Source: an uncultured Gemmatimonadales bacterium (lineage in GTDB: Bacteria > Gemmatimonadota > Gemmatimonadetes > Longimicrobiales > Longimicrobiaceae). From it: DNA of 64,000 bases. Both the position numbers and the translations under genes were made by a program. Below the pieces are notes generated by a model. That model saw only the letters and a program-made list of their open reading frames with translations. It was not told the origin of the DNA and did not search any database. The stretch lies in the NCBI GenBank assembly GCA_963793235.1, contig CAWBZF010000003.1, positions 275,493-339,492 on the forward strand, read 5' to 3'. Below, one piece after another: positions 33,266 through 41,638 of this stretch. Within the stretch, counting starts at the first letter, position 1. Each line of letters opens with the position of its first letter.

Positions 33266-34282
33266 ATGCGCGCGAGGTTCACGCGGATCCTTCCCCTCGC
33301 GGCGGTGGCGCTGCTGGGCGCCTGCGGCGGTACCGAGCGGTTCCCGCAGACGTCGCTGGTGCCGCAGTCGGACTACGCAGAGGCGATCGATCGGCTGCAG
33401 TGGCTCACGATCTACCTCGGTGTGGGCGTTGCGATCATCGTGTTCGCGATTCTCGCGTACATCCTGGTTCGTTTCCGCCATCAGCCGGGCGCGCCGCCGC
33501 CGAAGCCGGTGCACGGCAACACGCAGCTGGAGCTCGCCTGGACGCTGATCCCGGCGATCCTGATCGCGATCATCGCCGTACCCACCGTCCGCACCATCTT
33601 CGTCACCCAGGCGGAGGCGCCTCCCGGATCGCTCCCCATCGATGTGATCGGCTACCAGTGGTGGTGGGAGTTCCGCTACCCGCTGGAGAACGGTGACACG
33701 GTGGTAACGGCCAATGAGGTGCACGTGCCCGTTGGCCGCACCGTCGAACTGCGCATCACCGCCGCCGACGTGCTGCACTCCTTCTGGATTCCGCAGATGG
33801 GCGGCAAGCGGGACATGATCCCGAACCGGGTCAACCGCATCGTCTTCACGCCCAACGAGCCGGGCGTCTATCTGGGCCAGTGCGCGGAGTTCTGCGGAGA
33901 GAGCCACGCGCTCATGAAGATGCGCCTGATCGCCCACGAGCCCGCAGAGTTCGAGCGCTGGCTCGCCAACGAGGCGCGTCCCGCGGTGGAGCCGACCGAC
34001 TCCGCGGTGATCATCGGGCGCCAGCTCACCACGCAGGGTGCCTGTGCGGGCTGTCACATCATCGACGGAACGCCGGCGCAGTTCGGACGCGCCGGGCCGA
34101 ACCTGACGCACATGGCGCGGCGCAGCACCATCGCGGCGGGGATCATGGACAACAACGCCGAGAACATGTTCCACTGGATCGATCGGCCGCAGGACATCAA
34201 GCCGGGATCGCTGATGCCGTCACTCGGCCTCAGCGAGCAGGAGATCCGGTACATCGTCGCCTACCTGCAGACGCTTTACTAG
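33266..34282 (+). CDS. coxB: Cytochrome c oxidase subunit II with a fused C-terminal cytochrome c domain (caa3-type)
   Basis: CuA site CAEFCGESHALM, a CAGCH heme motif in the C-terminal domain, and a lipoprotein-type signal peptide (LLGACGG). Confidence 0.85.
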   Translation: MRARFTRILPLAAVALLGACGGTERFPQTSLVPQSDYAEAIDRLQWLTIYLGVGVAIIVFAILAYILVRFRHQPGAPPPKPVHGNTQLELAWTLIPAILIAIIAVPTVRTIFVTQAEAPPGSLPIDVIGYQWWWEFRYPLENGDTVVTANEVHVPVGRTVELRITAADVLHSFWIPQMGGKRDMIPNRVNRIVFTPNEPGVYLGQCAEFCGESHALMKMRLIAHEPAEFERWLANEARPAVEPTDSAVIIGRQLTTQGACAGCHIIDGTPAQFGRAGPNLTHMARRSTIAAGIMDNNAENMFHWIDRPQDIKPGSLMPSLGLSEQEIRYIVAYLQTLY

Positions 34283-34291
34283 GGAGTCGGA

Positions 34292-36205
34292 ATGGCAGCG
34301 ACAGCTACTGCGGCGGCACCCGCCCACGCCGATCACAAGCACGCGACCGGCATCTGGTCGTGGATCACGACGGTGGACCACAAGAGGATCGGGATCCTCT
34401 ACTTCTGGAGCGCGTTCTTCTTCTTCCTGGTCGGGGGAGTGGAAGCGCTTCTCGTGCGGACACAGCTGATTGCGCCGAACCTGCGGCTCCTGTCCGCGGA
34501 CTTCTACAATCAGATGTTCACGATGCACGCGGTGACCATGGTCTTCCTGGCGCTGATGCCACTGACCGCCGCGTTCTTCAACTACATGATCCCGCTCCAG
34601 ATCGGAGCGCGTGACGTCGCCTTCCCGCGACTCAACGCGCTCTCGTACTGGATCTACTTCTTCGGCGGGATCCTGATCAACCTCGGCTGGCTGAATGCGA
34701 CGCTGCCGAATGCCGGGTGGTTCGCCTACGCGAACCTGACGAGTCCGGCGTACTCGCCCGGGCCGAACATGGACTTCTACGTCCTGGGTCTGCAGGTTCT
34801 CGGCATCTCGTCGATCATCTCGGCGGTGAACTTCATCGTGACGATCCTCAACTTCCGGGCGCCGGGGATGCGCCTGATGAGGATGCCGATCTTCACCTGG
34901 ATGACGCTGATCACCGCGGTGCTGCTTCTGACTGCGATGGCGATCATCACGATGGCGTTCACCCAGCTGATGTTCGACCGCTTCTTCGGGACGACGTTCT
35001 ACGACGTGACCAAGGGTGGCGACCCGGTGCTCTGGCAGCACCTGTTCTGGATGTTCGGTCACCCGGAGGTGTACATCCTGATCCTGCCGATCTTCGGCAT
35101 GGTATCGGAGGTGCTGCCGACCTTCTCGCGGAAGCCGCTGTTCGGCTACAACGTGATGGTGTTCTCGGCCATCCTGATCGGGTGGCTGGGCTGGGGCGTG
35201 TGGAGCCACCACATGTTCGCGGTGGGTCTCGGTCCGATCGCCGACTCCTTCTTTGCGGTGAGCACGATGCTGATCGCGATCCCGACCGGGATCAAGATCT
35301 TCAACTGGCTGGCGACGCTCTGGGGTGGATCGATCCGCTTCTCGAGCGCGATGATGTTCGCCACGGCGTTCATCGTGACGTTCACGATCGGCGGGATCTC
35401 GGGGGTGATGCACTCGGCCGCGCCTGCGGATCTGCAGCAGACCGACACGTACTTCGTGGTGGCGCACCTGCACTACGTGTTCTTCGGCGGCACGGTGATG
35501 GGGCTGTGGGCGGGTATCTACTACTGGTATCCGAAGATGTTCGGTCGCCTGCTGAACGAGAAGCTGGGCCACGTCCACTTCTGGCTCACCTTCGTGGGAA
35601 TGAACCTGACCTTCTTCCCGATGCACTTCCTCGGGCTGCATGGTATGCCGCGCCGCATCTTCACCTACGCGGACGGCCTCGGGTTCAACGAGATGAACCT
35701 GATCGCAACGATCGGTTCGTACATCCTCGCGATCGGCACGCTGATCTTCACGTACAACCTGGTGACCGCATGGAAGAAGGGGCGGCTCGCCGGCCCGAAC
35801 CCGTGGGGCGCAGCGACGCTGGAGTGGTCGATCCCGTCGCCCCCGGAGGAGCACAACTTCCGGGAGATCCCGGTGGTGCACAGCCGCATGCCGCTGTGGG
35901 AGGGTGACCCGAACCTGGACGCCGGCATCCCGCACGGGCGCCGCGAAGAGGACACTGATCACGTGACGATCGGTGGAGTGGAGGTCGCCTCGTTCGAGGT
36001 TGCGGAGGAGGAGAGCAAGATGTCGGCGCACGACCTGGGCATCCATCTGCCGCCACCGTCGCTCTGGCCGATCATCCTGGCCTTCGCGATCACGCTGTTC
36101 TTCGGCGGGTGGCTGGTGCACTGGGGCGTGGCCGTCGTGGGCGGTCTGATGATCCTGGGCGCGGCCTTCGCGTTCGCATTCGAGCCCGGCCACTCGGGGC
36201 ACTGA
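34292..36205 (+). CDS. ctaD: Cytochrome c oxidase subunit I
   Basis: Twelve-plus TM helices with the conserved haem-copper oxidase His ligands. An AGGGAG SD lies upstream. Confidence 0.9.
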   Translation: MAATATAAAPAHADHKHATGIWSWITTVDHKRIGILYFWSAFFFFLVGGVEALLVRTQLIAPNLRLLSADFYNQMFTMHAVTMVFLALMPLTAAFFNYMIPLQIGARDVAFPRLNALSYWIYFFGGILINLGWLNATLPNAGWFAYANLTSPAYSPGPNMDFYVLGLQVLGISSIISAVNFIVTILNFRAPGMRLMRMPIFTWMTLITAVLLLTAMAIITMAFTQLMFDRFFGTTFYDVTKGGDPVLWQHLFWMFGHPEVYILILPIFGMVSEVLPTFSRKPLFGYNVMVFSAILIGWLGWGVWSHHMFAVGLGPIADSFFAVSTMLIAIPTGIKIFNWLATLWGGSIRFSSAMMFATAFIVTFTIGGISGVMHSAAPADLQQTDTYFVVAHLHYVFFGGTVMGLWAGIYYWYPKMFGRLLNEKLGHVHFWLTFVGMNLTFFPMHFLGLHGMPRRIFTYADGLGFNEMNLIATIGSYILAIGTLIFTYNLVTAWKKGRLAGPNPWGAATLEWSIPSPPEEHNFREIPVVHSRMPLWEGDPNLDAGIPHGRREEDTDHVTIGGVEVASFEVAEEESKMSAHDLGIHLPPPSLWPIILAFAITLFFGGWLVHWGVAVVGGLMILGAAFAFAFEPGHSGH

Positions 36206-36277
36206 GGAGACACCCGGCCGGATTTCGATCCGGCCGGCTCCTGCGCACCTGTTCAACCGTTACCCGTTCCGTTGCCA

Positions 36278-36916
36278 ATGGATCACGCTGCCGCGGCCCA
36301 CGCTGCCGACCCGGCTCATCTCGACACCTCGACCGGGCTGGACAGCCGGAAGATGGCGTTCTGGACCTTCATCGGGTCCGAGTGCGTCCTGTTCGGAGGC
36401 CTCATCGCCACCTACATGGCGTACAAGGGGAACAGCCTCACGGGGCCGTACCCGCACGACACGGTGCTGCCGGACGGCACGGTGTCACCCGGCATCCTGG
36501 ACATCCCGCTGACCTCGCTCAGCACCTTCATCCTGCTGATGAGCTCGCTGGCAATGGTGCTGGCGCTTGCGGCGGTGCAGCGCAACAACCGGAAGGGCGC
36601 GATTCTCTGGCTGGGGATGACGGCGTTCCTGGGGAGCATCTTCCTGGGCTTCCAGATCTACGAGTTCACGCACTTCTGGGGGATGGGGCTGACGCTCAGC
36701 ACCAACCTGTTCGGATCCACCTTCTACACGCTGACGGGTTTCCACGGAGCGCACGTGCTGGTGGGGGTGATCTACCTGCTGACGCTGATGGTGCTCGCGA
36801 TCAAGGGGCGGCTCGGGCCCGAGAAGTCGCTGAACGTGGAGCTTGCAGGCCTGTACTGGCACTTCGTGGACGTTGTCTGGATCGTGATCTTCCCCCTCGT
36901 GTACCTGATCCCGTAG
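36278..36916 (+). CDS. ctaE: Cytochrome c oxidase subunit III
   Basis: CoxIII family similarity. ATG at 36278; the ORF formally opens at a TTG at 36272. Confidence 0.85.
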   Translation: MDHAAAAHAADPAHLDTSTGLDSRKMAFWTFIGSECVLFGGLIATYMAYKGNSLTGPYPHDTVLPDGTVSPGILDIPLTSLSTFILLMSSLAMVLALAAVQRNNRKGAILWLGMTAFLGSIFLGFQIYEFTHFWGMGLTLSTNLFGSTFYTLTGFHGAHVLVGVIYLLTLMVLAIKGRLGPEKSLNVELAGLYWHFVDVVWIVIFPLVYLIP

Positions 36917-36920
36917 AGGT

Positions 36921-37247
36921 ATGATGAGCAGTGAGACCCGCGAAATCATGCATGATCAGCATACGCACCCGGGAAACCGCACCTACATCTACATCGGTGT
37001 GGTGCTCACGATCCTCACGGCGATCGAAATCGCCGCCTACTACGTGGAGGACCAGCTCGGTGGCATCGCGGCGCCGTTGATCCTGGTGCTCTCCGCGGCC
37101 AAGTTCATCCTGGTCGTGATGTTCTACATGCACCTGAAGTACGACAGCCGCGCCTTCACCGGGATCTTTCTCTTCCCCTTCACGCTGGGCGTGCTGGTGA
37201 TCGTGTCGCTGATCCTGCTGTACCACGTGCTGCACCCGCTGCGCTGA
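36921..37247 (+). CDS. ctaF: Cytochrome c oxidase subunit IV (bacterial caa3-type, CtaF-like)
   Basis: A small three-TM protein right after ctaE, with an AGAGGT SD. Confidence 0.7.
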   Translation: MMSSETREIMHDQHTHPGNRTYIYIGVVLTILTAIEIAAYYVEDQLGGIAAPLILVLSAAKFILVVMFYMHLKYDSRAFTGIFLFPFTLGVLVIVSLILLYHVLHPLR

Positions 37248-37261
37248 CGCGAATGCTCGAT

Positions 37262-37560
37262 GGTGAATGTTGAATGTTGAGTGTTGAAATACTGGAGTCG
37301 CCCGCGTTTCGACCGTGAGAGGAAAGATCCAGCGGGAGGGGGATCCGCAGATTTCGCGGATTTCGCGGATTGGCACGTTGAAATCCGCGGAATCTGCGTA
37401 ATCTGCGGATAGTCGTTCAAGGGTGACGGCCCGGCTCCATGATCGGCGCTGAGACAGTGTTTCCATCATGATGACCGTCTCGGGGGATCGGCAGAGAGGG
37501 CGTGGCAACTGCGCGGATCCCCTGTGATTCAACATTGAACATTTGAACTTCAACATTTCC
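37262..37560. repeat. Composite repeat element between ctaF and ctaG. AT-rich CAACATT-type inverted repeats (37262-37291 and 37527-37558) flank a core carrying copy B of the GCGGATTTC x2-3 / GAAATCCGCG / TAATCTGCGG element (37341-37420) and a GGGGATCCGC...GCGGATCCCC inverted pair.
   Basis: All repeats were read directly. The flanks are strikingly AT-rich for this genome. Confidence 0.7.
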
Positions 37561-37577
37561 GTTCCCCAGGTGTTGTG

Positions 37578-38474
37578 ATGATGTTCCCCGCGCTCGCCCT
37601 GCTGCTCCACCCCGTCGAGAATTTCTCCTGGACGGAGTGGAGGCTGTACCCCGACTTCCTGATCGGGTGGCTGCTGATGTTCGGCGCGTACCTGCTGTTC
37701 ATCGGCCCGCTCCGCCGCTACTTCCCCGGCTCCGAACGAGTGGGGGGATGGCGGGTGGCGAGCTTCGTGTTCGGGATGATGATCATGCTGGTGGGGCTGC
37801 AGGGGCCGCTGCACGAACTGAGCGACTATTTCCTGTTCAGCGCACACATGGTGCAGCATCTCCTGGTGATGGTGGTGATGCCGCCCTTCCTGCTGGCGGG
37901 GACGCCGGGATGGATGCTTCGACCGGTGATCCGCATCCGGCCGATCGGCACGCTCGCGCGATGGCTGACGCTCCCGCTGGTGGCGTTCCTGCTCAACAAC
38001 GCCGTCTTCGGGGCGTGGCACTTCCCGGGTCCGTACGACCTGATGATGCGGAATCACGACGTGCACATCCTGATGCACCTGATGATCATGGCTACCGGTG
38101 TCGCCATGTGGTGGCCGGTGATGAGTCCGCTGCCCGAGCTCCCGCGACTCGCGCCGCCACTCCAGATGCTCTACCTGTTCATCCTGGGTGTGCCGATGAT
38201 GGTGGTCGCGGCGCTGATCACCTTCTCGGGCGAGCCGCTATACCAGTGGTACGTGGAGGCGCCCAGGATCTTCCCGCTGTCGCCGCACGAGGACCAGCGG
38301 CTCGGGGGAGTGATCATGTGGGTGCCGGGCGCCCTCGCAATCTGGGTGGGGATCACCCTGGTGTACTTCCGGTGGACGCACAGGCAGGTCCGCGATGAGG
38401 AGCAGCGGCTGGAGGTGGGGCGCAGTGGGCTGGTGATTTCACCGCCGCCGTTCCCCGAGCACACGCTGAAGTAG
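37578..38474 (+). CDS. ctaG: Cytochrome c oxidase (caa3) assembly factor CtaG
   Basis: A polytopic membrane protein with the Caa3_CtaG-like conserved His-rich segment (AHMVQHLLVMVVMPPFLL). Confidence 0.65.
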   Translation: MMFPALALLLHPVENFSWTEWRLYPDFLIGWLLMFGAYLLFIGPLRRYFPGSERVGGWRVASFVFGMMIMLVGLQGPLHELSDYFLFSAHMVQHLLVMVVMPPFLLAGTPGWMLRPVIRIRPIGTLARWLTLPLVAFLLNNAVFGAWHFPGPYDLMMRNHDVHILMHLMIMATGVAMWWPVMSPLPELPRLAPPLQMLYLFILGVPMMVVAALITFSGEPLYQWYVEAPRIFPLSPHEDQRLGGVIMWVPGALAIWVGITLVYFRWTHRQVRDEEQRLEVGRSGLVISPPPFPEHTLK

Positions 38475-38504
38475 CGGTACGGCGCCCGGATTGCGGCGAC
38501 GAAC

Positions 38505-38538
38505 GCGGGGCGCTCCGGAAGGGGCGCCCCGCTTTTCG
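38505..38538. terminator. Rho-independent terminator between the convergent ctaG and lipoprotein genes
   Basis: GCGGGGCGC-TCCGGAAGGG-GCGCCCCGC followed by TTTTCG. Confidence 0.8.
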
Positions 38539-38560
38539 TCCGTTCCAGATCTGCCAGAGG

Positions 38561-39130
38561 CTACTGGACCGGAGCCGCAACGGTGTGGGGCAGATCGGCG
38601 CAGGCGAGGACGACGTCTGCCGTACCCTCACCGGCCGGTGTGGTCAGCCGCACGGAGTGGCGCCCATCGAGCAGCCGCTCGGTGGGAACATCGATGCGGG
38701 TATCCAGGGAGCCGATCCCCTCGTTGCCCACGCGGAGGATCTGCGGGACGATGAGAACGGCCGCGCCATCCACCCCGCACCGTGCGGCCACGATCCGCGG
38801 CTGCATCTCCGCGCCCGCGGTTTGCCCCTGGACGCTCAGGATGATCCGTGACCGAGCCCCTTCCTGCGTCACCGTGACGTTCCCGGGAGGCGCATCCGGC
38901 GTGGCTCCCTGCAGGTTGCCGGTCGCCGTGAGCGCCCCCGCCCGCGTCGCGCCGCCCTGCACCGGCGTCACGCCCGCCGGCTGGTCCACTCCGAAGCCTT
39001 CGGCCGTATCGGCTGCGACATAGAGTTCCTCGTAGGGCGTCCGTCCACCGGGCGCCTCCTCCTGCTCGCGTCCGCAACCGGCGGTAACGGCCAGGGCGGT
39101 CACGGCGAACACCGCGCGTAGTACGCTCAT
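38561..39130 (-). CDS. Hypothetical lipoprotein (189 aa)
   Basis: Signal peptide plus lipobox (AVTAGCG). No family recognised. Confidence 0.5.
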   Translation of the reverse strand: MSVLRAVFAVTALAVTAGCGREQEEAPGGRTPYEELYVAADTAEGFGVDQPAGVTPVQGGATRAGALTATGNLQGATPDAPPGNVTVTQEGARSRIILSVQGQTAGAEMQPRIVAARCGVDGAAVLIVPQILRVGNEGIGSLDTRIDVPTERLLDGRHSVRLTTPAGEGTADVVLACADLPHTVAAPVQ

Positions 39131-39177
39131 CCGATCTCCTCTTTTCCGCAGTTCTTCCCCTCATCCGAGGAGGAAGC

Positions 39178-39909
39178 TCAGGGCAAGGAGTGTTCCATGC
39201 GGGCGTCCGCCGCGGCGAGCTGATCCGGCTTTCCGATGTCGATCCAGAGTGCCGAATCGATGCGGAACGGGGCGATCGTTTCCCCCTCACGAACCAGCCG
39301 CAGGTAGGTATCGAGGATGGAGAAGGCTCCACGTTCCGCGATCCGGTCCACCAGTGACGGTGAGATGACGTGCACGCCTCCGAACCCCAGCGGGTGCACA
39401 GGACCAAGGGCGGTTCTGCACTCCAGTCGCAGATCCCGGCTCGAGTCCGAGCGGCCGAGCAGCCCCGCATCGTCGAAAAGAAGCTGGCGGGTGCTCTCGC
39501 GCTCCATCACGGCGAGCGTCGCAAGCGAATCCGAAAGGACGTGGGCCCGGTACATGTCCGCCAGCGGGAGGTCGGAGAGGATGTCGCCGTTATGCAGGAA
39601 GAAAGGCTCGTCCCGGCGAAACAGGTGGGCGGCCCGGAGCAGGCCGCCTCCCGTTTCCAGCGCGCCGTCCAGCTCCTCTGAGAAGAGTACCTCCACTCCG
39701 AACCCATCACGCCGCTCCACGAAGTCGCGGATGGCGTCGCCCAGGTGATGGAGGTTGATGATCAGGCGGTCGGCGCCCGCGCCGATCAGCCGGGTAGCGA
39801 TACGCTCCAGGATCGGAACTCCGGCGACCGGGACCAGCGCCTTGGGGATGTGATCGGTGAGCGGGCGGAGCCGGGTACCCAGCCCCGCCGCGAGGATCAT
39901 CGCATCCAT
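39178..39909 (-). CDS. Sugar-1-phosphate nucleotidyltransferase (MurU/GlmU-N-like NTP_transferase)
   Basis: N-terminal MILAAGLGTRLRPLTDHIPKALVPVAG (G-x-G-T-R-x(n)-PK). It directly follows the AmgK-like kinase gene. Confidence 0.8.
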   Translation of the reverse strand: MDAMILAAGLGTRLRPLTDHIPKALVPVAGVPILERIATRLIGAGADRLIINLHHLGDAIRDFVERRDGFGVEVLFSEELDGALETGGGLLRAAHLFRRDEPFFLHNGDILSDLPLADMYRAHVLSDSLATLAVMERESTRQLLFDDAGLLGRSDSSRDLRLECRTALGPVHPLGFGGVHVISPSLVDRIAERGAFSILDTYLRLVREGETIAPFRIDSALWIDIGKPDQLAAADARMEHSLP

Positions 39910-41373
39910 TCAGACCGACTCCGCGAGCACCCGCGGTTGGGGCCAGCGGTGCTCCTCACGGTGCACCAGGTTGATGTGGACCTCGGGAAACAGCTGCTTC
40001 AGGTGCCGCGTCAGCCGCTCGGCGAAGTAGACCGAGCGATGCTGCCCGCCCGTGCATCCGAAGTAGACGCTGAGGCTGGTGAACCCCCGGGTGAGGTAGG
40101 TCTCCACCTGCCCATCGATGAGCCCCGTCACGTGCTGCCAGAAATCCTCCACCTCGGGAACCGCCTCCAGAAAGCGGATCACCGGGTCATGGCACCCGCA
40201 CAGCTCCACGTACTCCGAATACCGGCCCGGGTTGTGTAGCGCGCGCAGATCGAAGACGAACCCGCCACCGTGCCCGCCGGTGTCCTCCGGGTACCCGTGC
40301 TTGTAGCTGAAGCTCCCGATGTTGACGGTGAGGCCCGGTTGCGGTCGCCCCGGCCGCTGCCGAAGCGCCTGCGAGCCGCAGATGTGCGAGAAGACCGCTT
40401 CCAGCTCGGGCAGCTCCACCGGCATCCCGTCCTGGCCCAGCAGTCGCTCGATGTTGTCGATCGCGGGCGGAACGCTCTGGAGGAACCGGATCTTCCGCTC
40501 GAAGAAGCCGCGGTACCCGTAGGCGCCCATCGCCTGCATGATGCGCACGAGCACGTAGCCGCGGTAATGCTGCCGGAACTTCTCCCGGTCGACGGGGAAG
40601 TAGCGCTCCAGGGCGTCCAGGTAATGGTTCAGCAGAAGCTCGCGCTCCGCGTTGGGCAGCGCGGCCTTGGCGTCGTAGAGGAGCGAAGCGATGTCGTACT
40701 GGAGCGCGCCACGGCGTCCGCCCTGGTAGTCGATGAACCAGGGCTCTCCGTCGCGCAGCATCACGTTCCGCGACTGGAAGTCGCGGTAGAGGAAGTGGCG
40801 GCGATCCGCCGCGAGCAGGAAGCTGGTGAAGCGCTTGAAGTCCTTCTCGAGGCGGGCCTCGTTGAAGGGGATGTGCGCCAGCTTCAGGAAGTGGTACTTG
40901 AAGTAGTTGAGATCCCAGAGCATCGACTGGCGGTCGAACTCCGCGCGCGGATATGCCACGGAGTAGTCGATCACGCGCCCGCCCTCCACCTGGAAGCGCG
41001 GAAGCTCCTCCACGACACGGCGGTAGACCGGGAGCATACCCGGAGGAAACTCCCCCCCGTCGCGCTTGCGGGCCGCCGCGAGTGCATCGAAGAGAGTCGT
41101 GTCGCCGAGGTCCTCCTCGATGTACATCCCCGCCTTCTCGTCCGCCGCGTAGATCTCGGGAACCGGCAGGTTCACGGATCGGAGGGCCCGGGAGTAGGAG
41201 AGGAAGGCGCGGTTCTCCTCCGCGTCGGGGCCGATTACCCCGATGGCCGTCTCGTAATCGTCGCCGATCAGGCGGAACATCTTCCGACTCGAGCCGTCAC
41301 CCTCCAGCGGAAGGACGGTGGCCGGTGCCTTTCCGAAGTGTTCAGCGAACAGACGAGCAAGGATTTTCTGCAC
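39910..41373 (-). CDS. Fusion protein: AmgK-like anomeric amino-sugar kinase (aminoglycoside phosphotransferase fold) joined to a RapZ (YhbJ/YvcJ) C-terminal domain
   Basis: N-terminal about 340 aa: APH-family catalytic loop YRDFQSRNVM and FIDYQG. C-terminal about 140 aa: LTVNIGSFSYKHGYPEDTGGHGGGFVFDLRALHNPG...SVYFGCTGGQHRSVYFAERL aligns motif-for-motif with the RapZ C-terminal domain (SFGFKHG.P.DAD.VFDVRFLPNP ... IGCTGGKHRSV). Confidence 0.8.
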   Translation of the reverse strand: MQKILARLFAEHFGKAPATVLPLEGDGSSRKMFRLIGDDYETAIGVIGPDAEENRAFLSYSRALRSVNLPVPEIYAADEKAGMYIEEDLGDTTLFDALAAARKRDGGEFPPGMLPVYRRVVEELPRFQVEGGRVIDYSVAYPRAEFDRQSMLWDLNYFKYHFLKLAHIPFNEARLEKDFKRFTSFLLAADRRHFLYRDFQSRNVMLRDGEPWFIDYQGGRRGALQYDIASLLYDAKAALPNAERELLLNHYLDALERYFPVDREKFRQHYRGYVLVRIMQAMGAYGYRGFFERKIRFLQSVPPAIDNIERLLGQDGMPVELPELEAVFSHICGSQALRQRPGRPQPGLTVNIGSFSYKHGYPEDTGGHGGGFVFDLRALHNPGRYSEYVELCGCHDPVIRFLEAVPEVEDFWQHVTGLIDGQVETYLTRGFTSLSVYFGCTGGQHRSVYFAERLTRHLKQLFPEVHINLVHREEHRWPQPRVLAESV

Positions 41374-41638
41374 TCGCGCTCCTGGGTTCTACTCTGCGAT
41401 GCGCGGCTGCGCGCGGGGTGGGAAGGTAAACGTGGAGAGGGGGCAAATCCAGTGCCGGGCGAGAGTTCGCGGATCGGCACAGTGGGGGCTCCGGGGAAGT
41501 CGTCCACCCCCTGCAGGAGAAGGGAGGGGCCGCGGCAGGGCGGGCGGGGCCGGTCGGGCGCGAGGTCGCCTTGCGCGCCCCCTCCGCCGGGGCGAAACTG
41601 TGGCAGCGGCTCGATTCCCATCTCCCCAGGAGTGACCG

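Noticed and set aside
34220-36256. A 678-aa minus-strand ORF, plus other long ORFs overlapping ctaD
   Set aside because: It is antisense to cytochrome oxidase subunit I.
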